Positions 1 to 10,003 of a stretch of 64,000 nucleotides of DNA are shown here, in pieces. The number at the start of each line of letters is the position of its first letter. Within the stretch, counting starts at the first letter, position 1. The stretch lies in assembly GCA_000934665.2 (NCBI GenBank), contig JYFJ02000399.1:62001-126000 (forward strand), given 5' to 3'. The DNA comes from Catajapyx aquilonaris. Taxonomy: Eukaryota. The notes under the pieces were generated by a model. It had not been told where the DNA came from. It was given only the letters and a program-made list of their open reading frames with translations, and did not search any database. The translations under genes and the position numbers were made by a program.

Positions 1-697
1 CACAGGGCGTTGTCTTCCTATTGTATATCCGTCATTGTGCCCACGTTAGATCCGCGGTATTATTCATTCCCTAACGGTACACCGAGCCTTGTGGAAGGAA
101 AAACCCTCCTAATACACCCTACGGACACGTGAGTGACAAAAGGGGCATGAATATCCGTGGAAGAAGCAACCGGGGATTGAATCCAGCGATTACGCCACGG
201 GGCCGACCTACATGCCAATCTATTCCCCCCAGAAAAAAGTAGGTCCCCCGAAAAAACCCCAGTCCGGGATCAACTTTCTCCACCGAATATGATCAGTTCT
301 TTGAACCGGATCAAGGAAGTGATAGCACCCATCTGTATTAATTAACAGAATAAAGAAACAGTATTATTCTCACGGTGACGCTCCGGTAGCTTCCTACTGT
401 ACTGTGTCATTATTTCGGTCTGTCTTTTTTACTCTTTTTTTTTGTGTGTGTGTGTGTCTTCAAGGTCCCCGGGTTGTGAGTCAGTGAAGGGGGGAAGTTG
501 TAACCTGGTTCCTGAACCCAACTCACAAATCCGGGCGTGGGGGAATAAGTAAGCGGTTTCGGTCTCGTGCTCTTTTCCCTTTACCTCCTTCCTTCTTTGG
601 CCTCAGTAACGTGCAGCTTCTTTACCTGGCCGGTTCTAGGAGGCTTCTTCACAGTATTGTTCAGTTGCAAGGTTGCCTAAGAGGTGACCACGTTGCC

Positions 698-721
698 ATG
701 GGAAGGCTTGGACTTATTCAG
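698..721 (+). CDS. Spätzle-like gene, coding exon 1 (MGRLGLIQ, start of signal peptide)
   Basis: GCCATGG start context and CAG|GTAACT donor at 722. It splices in phase 0 to the acceptor at 2300, giving a hydrophobic signal peptide MGRLGLIQVLFLYMVVSTSA|QRF. A TCAGTT Inr-like motif lies at 661-666. Confidence 0.7.
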
Positions 722-849
722 GTAACTTTGGTATTGTTCGGTTTGGCAATTAGGCTAAGGGTGCTAAGTAGGCTACAAGTGCATGGAGTTACGAAGCGGT
801 GTCAAGTTTCATTCCTGAATAATTATTCATTCAAAGACTGTTACTTGAT

Positions 850-1030
850 CGAATATTCTGAAATAGCTGAAATATTCTGAAATACTGGCCGAAGTATTCT
901 AAAGTACTTAGCTGAAGTATTCTGAAATACAGGGGCTGAAATATTCTGAAATACTGGCCGAAGTATTCTGAAATACAGGGGCTTAAATATTCTGAAAGAT
1001 AGTATCTGAAATATTCTGAAATAGCTGAAG
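850..1030. repeat. Minisatellite with core GAA(A/G)TATTCTGAAATA in intron 1 of the Spätzle-like gene
   Basis: About 8-9 imperfect tandem copies of the core with short variable linkers (CTGGCC, CAGGGGCT, GCT). Confidence 0.85.
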
Positions 1031-2300
1031 TTGTTACCTACAAAGCTACAATGAGTTTGAAACATGAAAAAACTGAAGAAATTGAGTTCGCTGGCACTAT
1101 TCGTGTGCACTCAATGTGTACCTACCGAGTAATAAAAATAGATAAAAAAATAATAATGAAAAATCAGTCAAGTTGAGTTGAATCTGGTACTAACCAAACA
1201 ATATTGTGGTTCGACTGAGCATATCGAGGTTAGACATATGAAACTGACACTAATGTGAATGTGATTACAGTGAAATTAACATTTCCGCTTAAAATAAGGG
1301 AACGGAATTGTTGACCTAAAAAAATTATAAAGTGTTGGGGTGTGAAGGTTGTGAGGAACACACGGATGTTCCATATTCTAGGAATACGTGTGTAGGATGG
1401 TTTTACTAGCAATTAAAATTAGAGCACAAGCAAGTTACTTTCTCTATTTTAATTTCTGGGATTGTTGTGCCCCTATTTACATGTGAGTAATGCTTGTGTC
1501 TTCCGCTTTGATGAGGACTAGTCCATGTCATGTATAATTACTTTTTTTCTCTCAGATAGTTCACAGCTCCACTAGTCAAATAACGGCCACTTTGTTATCA
1601 GACCCAAACACTGGTCAATAATAGCAAGAATGTTTTAAACCTTTAAGGAAAAAGAGGAAGACACTTCCTAACAAGAAAATAGTTAAATAGATTAATAGTT
1701 GTCACAAACTCAACCATCTATAACTGATGAATATAGTCCTAATTTTAATATTTCCTTTATATTGGAAATGTGTCAGCTCATAATACGACTTCATATAAGA
1801 TCTGCTTGCAACAGTTGACTGAATCCCAACAAAGAACAGCTGCATGACTTGCATGCAGCAGGAGAGTATGAAAAGCCTTAAAGAAAAGTACAAAGTGTCA
1901 GCTGCAGCATATTGAGCCAGCAATGAGAGCACTCTTAAGTGCACTTGAACGACGGTAGAATCTGACAGGCTTATTCACCGTGCTGCACTGTACAGAAGAA
2001 AGTGTCATATGAAAAGCAAAATGTCATTAGTCACGTTGCAATGCGCCGATATTAAAATAGGTGAAAATATGAGGCTTCTCGGTACAAAAAATTCAGCTCT
2101 TAAAATAAACAAGGAAAAACTGTACTTTCCGTATATAACCTACATTCTGATATGGGAGAAACTCAAAAATACTTCCACCATACGGTTAGTAGGTTAACAG
2201 CTTGTTTTTTTTCCGACGCAATTCTCGACGCAATTACGCCAACGCGAAACTACCGTTGCACCTACTCTGACAAATGTGCATAAAAATTCTTTAATTCCAG

Positions 2301-3481
2301 GTCCTGTTTCTCTACATGGTTGTGTCAACCTCCGCCCAGAGATTCTACGTGGGACCAAACAAGCCTCCGAATTACAGGCGTCCAATCCGCCCACCTTTGA
2401 CCCAGAGTCGGACGGACCTATTTCCTCCGCCCCCGCAACAGCACAGGGTTCGACCCCCGGGCGGATTCATCCGGTTCCCTTCAAATGGAATCCCACCGCT
2501 GCATTTGATACCTCAACAGCAGCTGGTACGACACTTCAAGCCTGAAGTTCTGCCACCGCCTTTGAGACATGTGAACACCATTGTTGAGACGCCCCCGACG
2601 CCTCCGACGCCACCTCCACCACCCCCAGAGTCACCAAGAGACCAATCCGGACTTCATTTCGAGTTTGGATTCACCCCAATAGCACGACCAGTCATTCAAC
2701 AACAACTGCAACACCAACAACAGACTGCTCAGCAACAGCAGCAGAGGTTTGAACAGCAGCGAATTGAGCAACAGCAACAACAGACTGCCCAGCAGCAACA
2801 GCAGCAGAGGTTTGACCAGAAACAGCAGCAGAGGTTTGAACAGCAACAGCAGCAGAAGTTTGAACAGCAACAGCAACAGAGGATTGAGCAACAACAGCAA
2901 CAGCAGAGATTTGAGCAGCAACAGCAACAGCAGCAGATTGCTCAGCAGCAGTTTGAACAGCAACAGCAGCAGCATCAGATTGCTCAGCAGAAGTTTGAAC
3001 AGCAACAGCAACAGCAATTTGGCAAAAAACAACAGCAGTTTAGCCAACAGCCCCAGTCGCTCCAACAACAGCAATTCAGCCAACAGCAGACAATCGAGCA
3101 ACAGCTGCACCATTTAGGTCAGCAGCTTCAAATCTTAGGTCACGAGCCAACCTTCAGTAATCAACAGCATGTCCACTCAAACGAGGTGTCGCATGAGATT
3201 GAGATACCTGGACTATCCCTGCCGTCGCCTTCTCCGACCATTAGAGTCTCAGCCTCCAGCCCTGTGGTCAGTGTGGTCAGACGTCCTTCCAGCACCCCTG
3301 CGCCCTTGGAAATTGTGTCGTCCGTGTCCATCTCGACCTCCGTGGTCAGACCGAACAAGACGCGCCTTGCTGTGGCTCGTCCCAAACACAGCGACTCACT
3401 CCAGGAGCTTAAAGGCCCCGGAAAATCATGTGGTCAATGGTCTCAGTTCGGCTTCTGCGAGTTGTCTGCCAACTATCCTCA
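2301..3481 (+). CDS. Spätzle-like gene, exon 2 (rest of signal peptide, Pro-rich and polyQ pro-domain, Cys motif CGQWSQFGFCELSANYP)
   Basis: TTAATTCCAG acceptor ends at 2300, in frame with ORF 2316..3503. Donor CA|GTACGT at 3482 is phase 2, matching the next exon. The FC...(N/D)YP motif is typical of Spätzle pro-domains. Confidence 0.85.
2696..3105 (+). repeat. CAG/CAA-rich coding repeat: (R/K)FEQ4-7, RIEQn and IAQQ units
   Basis: Directly visible in the ORF 2316..3503 translation. Confidence 0.9.
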
Positions 3482-3543
3482 GTACGTACTAATTAGGTGC
3501 TAATTAATCCGGATATAACTTCTACTGTTGTCTCTTCTTACAG

Positions 3544-4045
3544 GTTGGCTGTGGAAGGCATAGCTCGTCAATGTCATGCCCTCCTTCTCCATATGTACGC
3601 CCCTCTTCCAGAAGAGAGCAGCGGAAACCTCGAGGACAAATCGCACCCTAGTTATAACGGTCACGGAGGAGATGTCACTCCTCCGAGGACAGAAAGGGCC
3701 AACTTGCAGCCTTGGTCTTGGGCTGCTTACAAGGCCAAGAGCGCCGCCTGTTCGTCCAAAAGCCAGCTGGTACGACCCGGATGGCTCAGGGCAGAAGATG
3801 GTACGTGGATGACCGTTCTTCAGACAGCGAATCAACCGCAGCCTCTTCCTGTCACTGTCTGCTCCAGTCCAGGCGCACCTTGCTCTGGGCCTGGTTGCAA
3901 CAATCCAAAGTCTAAATGTGTACAACAATACATGTACCACAGGATGATTGTTCTGAATCCGGACAATCCAAACCACTGCCCGGTTATGAAGGCTTTCCGG
4001 TTTCCCAGCGCCTGTGTTTGTTATCTCGATGCTACCAAACAGTAG
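3544..4045 (+). CDS. Spätzle-like gene, exon 3: C-terminal cystine-knot (Spaetzle/neurotrophin) domain
   Basis: Acceptor TCTCTTCTTACAG ends at 3543 (62-nt intron). The translation ACSSKSQLVRPGW...W..V.QT...Q.....VC..PG.PC....C.....KCVQQYMYHRM...FRFPSACVC matches the Spätzle cystine-knot pattern. Stop TAG at 4043-4045. Confidence 0.9.
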
Positions 4046-4156
4046 CGAGCACTTGTATTTTATAATTATTGCAATAGTGTAGGCATTGCATACACTGCAC
4101 TTCGCTGCAGTTGGCCTATATGCGAAAACTTCCAATGGAAGTGCGTCTGTACGTTA

Positions 4157-4162
4157 AATAAA
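4157..4162 (+). terminator. Putative polyadenylation signal (AATAAA) of the Spätzle-like gene
   Basis: AATAAA about 110 nt after the stop codon, followed by a GT/T-rich tract (TATGTGTTGT). Confidence 0.55.
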
Positions 4163-6740
4163 CGAGTACCTTAATCTTATGTGTTGTATTAACTACCATC
4201 TACTGCTAAGGAATCTTCTTGCATATATTATAAAGGACAGTTTGTATGTCTTTCCATGGCAACAGGCAACATGGCAGTTTCCAAGTTTTCTGCTCAAGAG
4301 TCACCGAGATTGTGTCGAACCAGACCATCCACGATGCTGCGTGTAAAACCACAGGAACCAAGCAAGAAATCGATCCTCTTGCTGCCATCCCTTGCTTGCA
4401 TATAAGCAAATTAATATTTCCCAGAGTGCTTTTCCTCGTCCCACGTCCGTCCTTCCACAGGAAGAAGCACATCCTAGGGGTCCCATGATGGCCTTATCTA
4501 ACGGAAGCAGAATTACTAAGCGCGTATTGATTTACATTGCCATTTCCAATTTGCTCCAGATGTTGACTTTATCAGTACGACTTGTTGTAACATTGTGTCA
4601 TCAGGGACGTTACAGAACTGCGAGGTGTTTTCCAGTTGTGTGAATACAACCTACCAGACTTCCATCGCCTCTTACAAGCAATGATCTGGCCTTTAAAAAT
4701 TAAAATTGCTGAGTAACACCTGTATTAGCGCTTGGTTGTATGGAGGGTAGCATACTTTCAAGGATATTTTTTTAAATGTTTCTGAAGCTTATCTCGACTA
4801 AAACTGGAGCCTTCCTAGAATATGTTCTATAACTAAAATATCTTGAAAACATCAGTACCATCGTTATTATTGATATTTTTCACACAGGTGCATATTTTAA
4901 AGCATTTTTCAACAGCTACTTTTTACGATAAATATCATTGCAGGCTATACTCTAAGATGGCAAAAAATGTCATTATGATATTAAAATAAATTTAATGCTA
5001 ATTTTTACATATTGTAAAGAAACGCAGAAGAATCTGAAGAACGATCTATATCAAATGAATTTTCGCAATATATTAAGCTGCTCGAAAAAGTGCAATACTG
5101 GCATTTAAAATGTTTCCATTCAACCTAATACTAGCAACTAATATTTTTCATACCAGTTTAATATATAATTGGAAAGCCGCTTAGTGCGAAATTTCCAATA
5201 ACTACTGACATTTCAATTATGCCACATTTTACTGTATAAACTGACCTAGTCACAGCATAAGTTTCATGTAATCATTATGTTGCCACCACATCATGGCCTG
5301 CATAACCGGTTGTTTAGGCATGAACCGTTTTACACATTAAAGCCATTGAAGCCAGCTAAAGTAAGTGCCAAAACAATGCGGGTCTTAAACAATGGGGTGC
5401 AATCACGTTGCAATTATGCCGTAGGTTCGACCCTTTTTTCCATACTACACTGCCCCCCCCCCCNCCCCCCCCCCCCTTAAAAATTGAAACGGTTTTTTTA
5501 TATTTAAAAAACTGGGAGTTTGATGCTTTCTTCTATAGTGAACACAGTTGAATAAGCCTAGGGCGTGGTTAATTTTGGAATTCATCATCGTCTATGCAAA
5601 AAAAAACTGCAATTTTCTCTCCCTTGTTTTGTTTCCGTCGCAAACTTTTGACCGTAGCCAACTCTTGAGCGGCAGGTCTCAGGAAAAAGCCTCTCAACTG
5701 AGCTCTTTCTGTCAACTGGGGAACCCGGAATGAAGTAACCTACTTACAAACTCCGCCTACGTATTAATTAAGTGTTAAAGAGCCAGTCATGAATAAGCCG
5801 AACTTAATGATTATACATTGTTGTTTTGTGCACAGCGTCTAACCTATTGCAAAACTGTTTTGGATATTTTCCAAAGACTCTTTCCAACAATGTAACTAAT
5901 GTGTATTACAACTTGTGTAAATATGTGACACATGTGCAGTACTTAAAAGTTCATGTTAATTTTGATGTTATTATATTGAATTAGCACGTTTTAACAGAAC
6001 ATATTCATTTGCATGTCAACGGTTGTAATAAACATTGCAACGATGCCAACACATGTAATAAAGAATCGTTTGGAAATTATAGCCTGTTGATGACATAATA
6101 TTAATAATAATAGCTAATAATAATTTTCCAGATATGGCCTGAAATCAAAGGGCTCGGTTATCGTACGGCATCCATTTTTTTTACTATTTTTATCACTACA
6201 ATAAAATAATTACAAGCACACTAGAATGCATGGTCATTCGTCCTGTAATGCAAAAAAACGTGAAACCGTTTATTTAAACACGTAAACCTCCCAAGTATAC
6301 ACACCAGACTATAAATTAAGCCAACAATCAAGCAAAAGTTGTACTTTACAGCCAAAAAAAATGTACAGAATCGTTCAGACTGGAGCCGGGAGGTAACCGG
6401 ACCCGGTCCAGACCTGATCCGGTTTCCTCTCGCCCGTGTAAACGGTCATCACAAACGAAGTAGGTCATTTAATATCAAAACCAGGCTGTATTCGTCGGTA
6501 CGAATCCTTGCCCAATGGACCGAGATGAAAATCTTACACATATAAACCAGAAAGTTTGTTGGTATTTACGTAACGACTACCTAACACACTTTCGGAGTAC
6601 TGAGAGTGTTAGTGATTCATATTGGAAATAGTAATTTAGTGTTGAGTTGATGCCTGTATCCAGGAATTGAGACACTTTTGACAACATGAGATAGTCTGGT
6701 TTTGATAATGACCTACTAAAGGCGTGTTTACGCCCTAACG

Positions 6741-6799
6741 ATTTGAGCCTCGGTCGCGCGACCAGACGCTTTGTCTGGTCGCGCGACCGAGGCTCAAAT
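6741..6799. repeat. Perfect 27-bp inverted repeat with 5-nt loop in the 3' UTR of the YGPP gene
   Basis: ATTTGAGCCTCGGTCGCGCGACCAGAC-gcttt-GTCTGGTCGCGCGACCGAGGCTCAAAT. Confidence 0.95.
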
Positions 6800-6828
6800 G
6801 GTGAGGGAGTAAACAGGCATTGAGTCAT

Positions 6829-8643
6829 CTACCCTTGCTGTCCATCGTGCACCTTCTCGTCACTGACCACAACCACAGCGCTGACCACCTTGTTGTCCAC
6901 AGGTCCGTCCTCCTTGTTCTGAGGTCCTTCCTCACCCCCGTCCCGAGATGTCCTAGTGTTGTACGACTCGTCGTGTCCCGGAAGCGGAACCTGTACCTCC
7001 GACCCGACACCTACGGCACCTCCACCGGATGGAACCGGAAAGTCAAAACTGGACGACACAGACACCTCGTACGTACCAGGTTGGTGATGGTGCTGCGAAC
7101 CGACGGTTATGTCACCGAAATGGTGTCCGCCCCCGTGGTGGGAGAAACCATGGGACATACCATGGGCCAGACCTTGCACCGGGACGAAACTAGTGGACAC
7201 CGGATTGTTGATGGGTGTCCATGCTTCTCCGATTGGTTCCGATGCGGCTGCGTCCAATGTATCGAATTGCGTTGATGACTTGTGTAGTCCTCCGTACGTA
7301 AGGTCGACCAGGTCAGATCCAGGGTCGCCTCGGCCATACCCGCCTGAATGTACGGCAGGTTTTTGATACACGTGTACGGGTGGTCGCACCCCTTGGTATA
7401 TTATGATCGGAGGTTTGTTCAGGTACTTGGGTGCCGGAAGGTACGTCACTTCCTTCTTAGGCGGAGGACCGTACTTGGGCTTCGGTGGTGGTCCGTACGA
7501 TCCTTTAGGCGGTCCGTACTTGTGTTTAGGTGGTCCGTATGTATCCTTTGGTGGTCCGTATGTGTCCTTAGGTGGTCCATATGTGTCCTTGGGCGGCCCG
7601 TACTTCGGAGGCGGTGGTCCGTACTTAGGCGGAGGTGGATGGTACTTTGGCGGTGGTGGGTGGTACTTTGGTGGTCCGTACTTTGGAGGCGGATGCTTCG
7701 GCTTGTTCGGCACTTTAAACACTTGGGGCTGCTGGTATATGTGTATCGGCGGGTGTCCTACGTACACAAAGTGGGGCGGAAGTGGCTTCTTCTTCGGCGG
7801 TGGTCCGTACTTCGGTGGCGGTGGCTTCTTCTTTGGAGGACCATACTTCGGCGGAGGTGGTCCGTACGACTGAGCTGGTGGGCCATACGATGTCTTAGGT
7901 GGTCCGTATGTATCCTTTGGCGGTCCATACGTGTCCTTTGGCGGTCCATACGTGTCCTTGGGTGGTCCGTACGATTGCTGGGGCGGTCCGTACGATTGTT
8001 GCGGTGGTCCGTATGATTGCTGAGGTGGTCCGTACGAGTTGGAAGGCGGACCATACCCGGTAGTCAACTCCTTTGGCTGAATTGACTGTACAAACTGTGG
8101 GTTTGGCTCCTGTACGTACACCGGTGCTGGTGCAGGCGGTGCATTGAACACTATCGAATCGTCAGAGAACGACGTCTCAGCCGGTGCCGATGCTTGGAAC
8201 GACGAGGATCCTTGGAACGAAGAGGATCCTTGGAACGATGATGGCCCTTGGAAAGACGACGAGCCTTGGAACGAAGGCGGTGGTGCTTCGTACTGAGGCT
8301 GGAAGGACGTACCGGCTGTCGAAAAGCCAGTGTCTCGAGGTTCGTACTGAGGCTGGAACGACGAAGCTGCCGGAGACGAAAAACCGCTGTCCGGTGCATC
8401 GTACGTCGATTTGAACGACGTCGACGGTGGAGGCTGTACCTGTACCGGCTGAATCTGGCTCGGTGCTGGTGACAAGTCAAACGACTTCCCTTGCTTGTAC
8501 TTTGGAGGCGGCGGATGCACCACGTGTACCGGCGGCTTAGAGTTGGACTGATATATGAGTATGGGCAGATCGTGGTGCGGAAGTGGGACGTACTTCACCG
8601 GATGTGACTTGTGGTAACCGCCTCCGTAACCCCCATAAGATCC
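6829..8643 (-). CDS. Secreted Pro/Tyr/Lys/His-rich YGPP-repeat (extensin/resilin-like, probably cuticular) protein, exon 3
   Basis: Minus-strand acceptor TTTTATTTTCGCAG|GGA at 8644/8643, in frame with ORF 6829..8706. Repeats (P)QQSYGP, (P)KDTYGP, PPPPKYG and SSFQG. Stop TAG at 6831-6829. Confidence 0.9.
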   Translation of the reverse strand, partial: GSYGGYGGGYHKSHPVKYVPLPHHDLPILIYQSNSKPPVHVVHPPPPKYKQGKSFDLSPAPSQIQPVQVQPPPSTSFKSTYDAPDSGFSSPAASSFQPQYEPRDTGFSTAGTSFQPQYEAPPPSFQGSSSFQGPSSFQGSSSFQGSSSFQASAPAETSFSDDSIVFNAPPAPAPVYVQEPNPQFVQSIQPKELTTGYGPPSNSYGPPQQSYGPPQQSYGPPQQSYGPPKDTYGPPKDTYGPPKDTYGPPKTSYGPPAQSYGPPPPKYGPPKKKPPPPKYGPPPKKKPLPPHFVYVGHPPIHIYQQPQVFKVPNKPKHPPPKYGPPKYHPPPPKYHPPPPKYGPPPPKYGPPKDTYGPPKDTYGPPKDTYGPPKHKYGPPKGSYGPPPKPKYGPPPKKEVTYLPAPKYLNKPPIIIYQGVRPPVHVYQKPAVHSGGYGRGDPGSDLVDLTYGGLHKSSTQFDTLDAAASEPIGEAWTPINNPVSTSFVPVQGLAHGMSHGFSHHGGGHHFGDITVGSQHHHQPGTYEVSVSSSFDFPVPSGGGAVGVGSEVQVPLPGHDESYNTRTSRDGGEEGPQNKEDGPVDNKVVSAVVVVSDEKVHDGQQG

Positions 8644-8912
8644 CTGCGAAAATAAAAACGTGCAAGCAATTATTTTCTCGCATAAACACTTCACAGTACT
8701 GCACAATTACGCGGTTTCACACGTGCGCCATTACATTCAAGCGTGCGATTTCGAGACTGATTATTCGCACGGAAACAATGTCGTGAAGTGTAACACGCGC
8801 TGCAATGTGAACAACGTGCAATTGCAATTGTCTAGTACAGAAAAATGACATATCAATTCAAACAGAAATAGGCCGCATGTAACGATAGAGACAATTGTAA
8901 AAATATATTTGA

Positions 8913-9019
8913 ACATGGTAAGCATTGATGTTAGATTAGGTTAGGTTAGGTTAGGTTAGGTTAGGTTAGAATAGGTTAGGTTAGGTTAGGTTAGAATAGG
9001 TTAGGTTAGGTTACCATGT
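8913..9019. repeat. (TTAGG)n arthropod telomere-type repeat tract bracketed by a short inverted repeat (ACATGGTAA...TTACCATGT)
   Basis: About 16 TTAGG/TTAGA/ATAGG units at 8931-9013, inside intron 2 of the YGPP gene. Confidence 0.85.
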
Positions 9020-9329
9020 ACTGTAATATCTACGTGAATATATTTTTAATAAAAATATTTACCAACATTGATTTAACCATTACTTTTTATGACCAACACT
9101 TTCGTTTAAAAATTAACATCAACAATTATTATAACTGTAAAATTTCCTACTGATTCGACCCTGATTGGAGCTTGGCTCTTCAATATCATATGCACGCAAT
9201 GATGATTTAAGCCCACCAGGTGTTGACCCACAAATCGGAGGCAGGGAAATCCGGCCTTGTTTGAATTGATATTTGACCTGAGGTGTATAGTGACCATTTC
9301 TTTTTCTCTACACCGGTCCTCCTCATTAC

Positions 9330-9473
9330 CTTGACCTTAGGCGGCGGAGGGAAGTGGATGATGGGCGGCTTCTCGTCTGTGTACACGATCGGTCCTGCGT
9401 ACTTGACCTCCTTGTAACCCACTGCCCAGCATTCCCTTGCCGCTACTGCTAAGAGTAGGCAGCAGGCTGCCAA
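9330..9473 (-). CDS. YGPP-repeat protein, exon 2 (signal peptide LAACCLLLAVAARECWA, then VGYKEVKYAGPIVYTDEKPPIIHFPPPPKVK)
   Basis: Minus-strand acceptor TTTTGTTTTCCAG|TTG and donor AAG|GTAATG. The exon is 144 nt, phase 0/0, and has the same PPIIH/PPPPK composition as exon 3. Confidence 0.85.
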
Positions 9474-9578
9474 CTGGAAAACAAAATAGAGGAGTCAACT
9501 GGACCTGGTCCAGACCCAGTCCACTACAGGCGCAGATGACCAGAAAGTACAGAATTTTACCATTTTGTCAAAACAAAC

Positions 9579-9659
9579 GAATTTTCGTCCCACTTCTAGG
9601 TACCCGTGTTGGTAGTGGTACTGCTAAGTTAGCAGTAACTAGCAGTGGGACGAAAATTC
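9579..9659. repeat. Short inverted-repeat element (GAATTTTCGTCCCACT...AGTGGGACGAAAATTC)
   Basis: 16-bp perfect arms about 50 bp apart; probably a MITE remnant. Confidence 0.6.
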
Positions 9660-9695
9660 CAGCCTTATAGTTTTGAGCGTCTCTCTGTTAGAGTA

Positions 9696-10003
9696 CACTG
9701 TAATTTCATGTACCGATTCCGAAGGTGTTGTTTTCAGATCAACAAATACCGTCTAAAGTACTGACTTGTAGACATCCAATCGTTCATATGTCCTGACTTG
9801 AAAATGGTACTTCACAATGTTCCGATTCATGCACCGACTTCGACATCGTGTACCTTCTACAAATCAGTAGGCCACAAGTACCACCTCCAAGTATGTAGGT
9901 ACATGAATTACAGTGGACTGAAATAAATTCAATTCAATACTTGTAGACGGTATTTTTCTGATCAAAAAAGTACCACCTACAAGTCGGTACATGTATTACA
10001 GTG
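9696..10003. mobile_element. CACTA/CMC-like MITE (CACTGTAAT...ATTACAGTG termini, TA flanks)
   Basis: TIRs CACTGTAATTTCATGTACCGA / TCGGTACATGTATTACAGTG with many internal GTACCGAC/GTCGGTAC subterminal repeats. A related copy lies at 42829-43466. Confidence 0.7.

Noticed and set aside
850..1030. CRISPR-like repeat/spacer appearance
   Set aside because: The spacers are 3-8 nt and recurrent, there are no cas genes, and the context is a eukaryotic intron. It is a minisatellite.
2631..3117. Poly-Leu ORF (minus strand) and Ser/Asn-rich ORF (alternative + frame)
   Set aside because: These are shadow frames of the CAG/CAA repeat in Spätzle exon 2.
6820..8480. Plus-strand GGPY-repeat and Arg/Trp-rich ORFs, and alternative minus-strand frames
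   Set aside because: Antisense or alternative-frame shadows of the YGPP gene. Only the minus-strand frame has a signal peptide, splice sites and a promoter.
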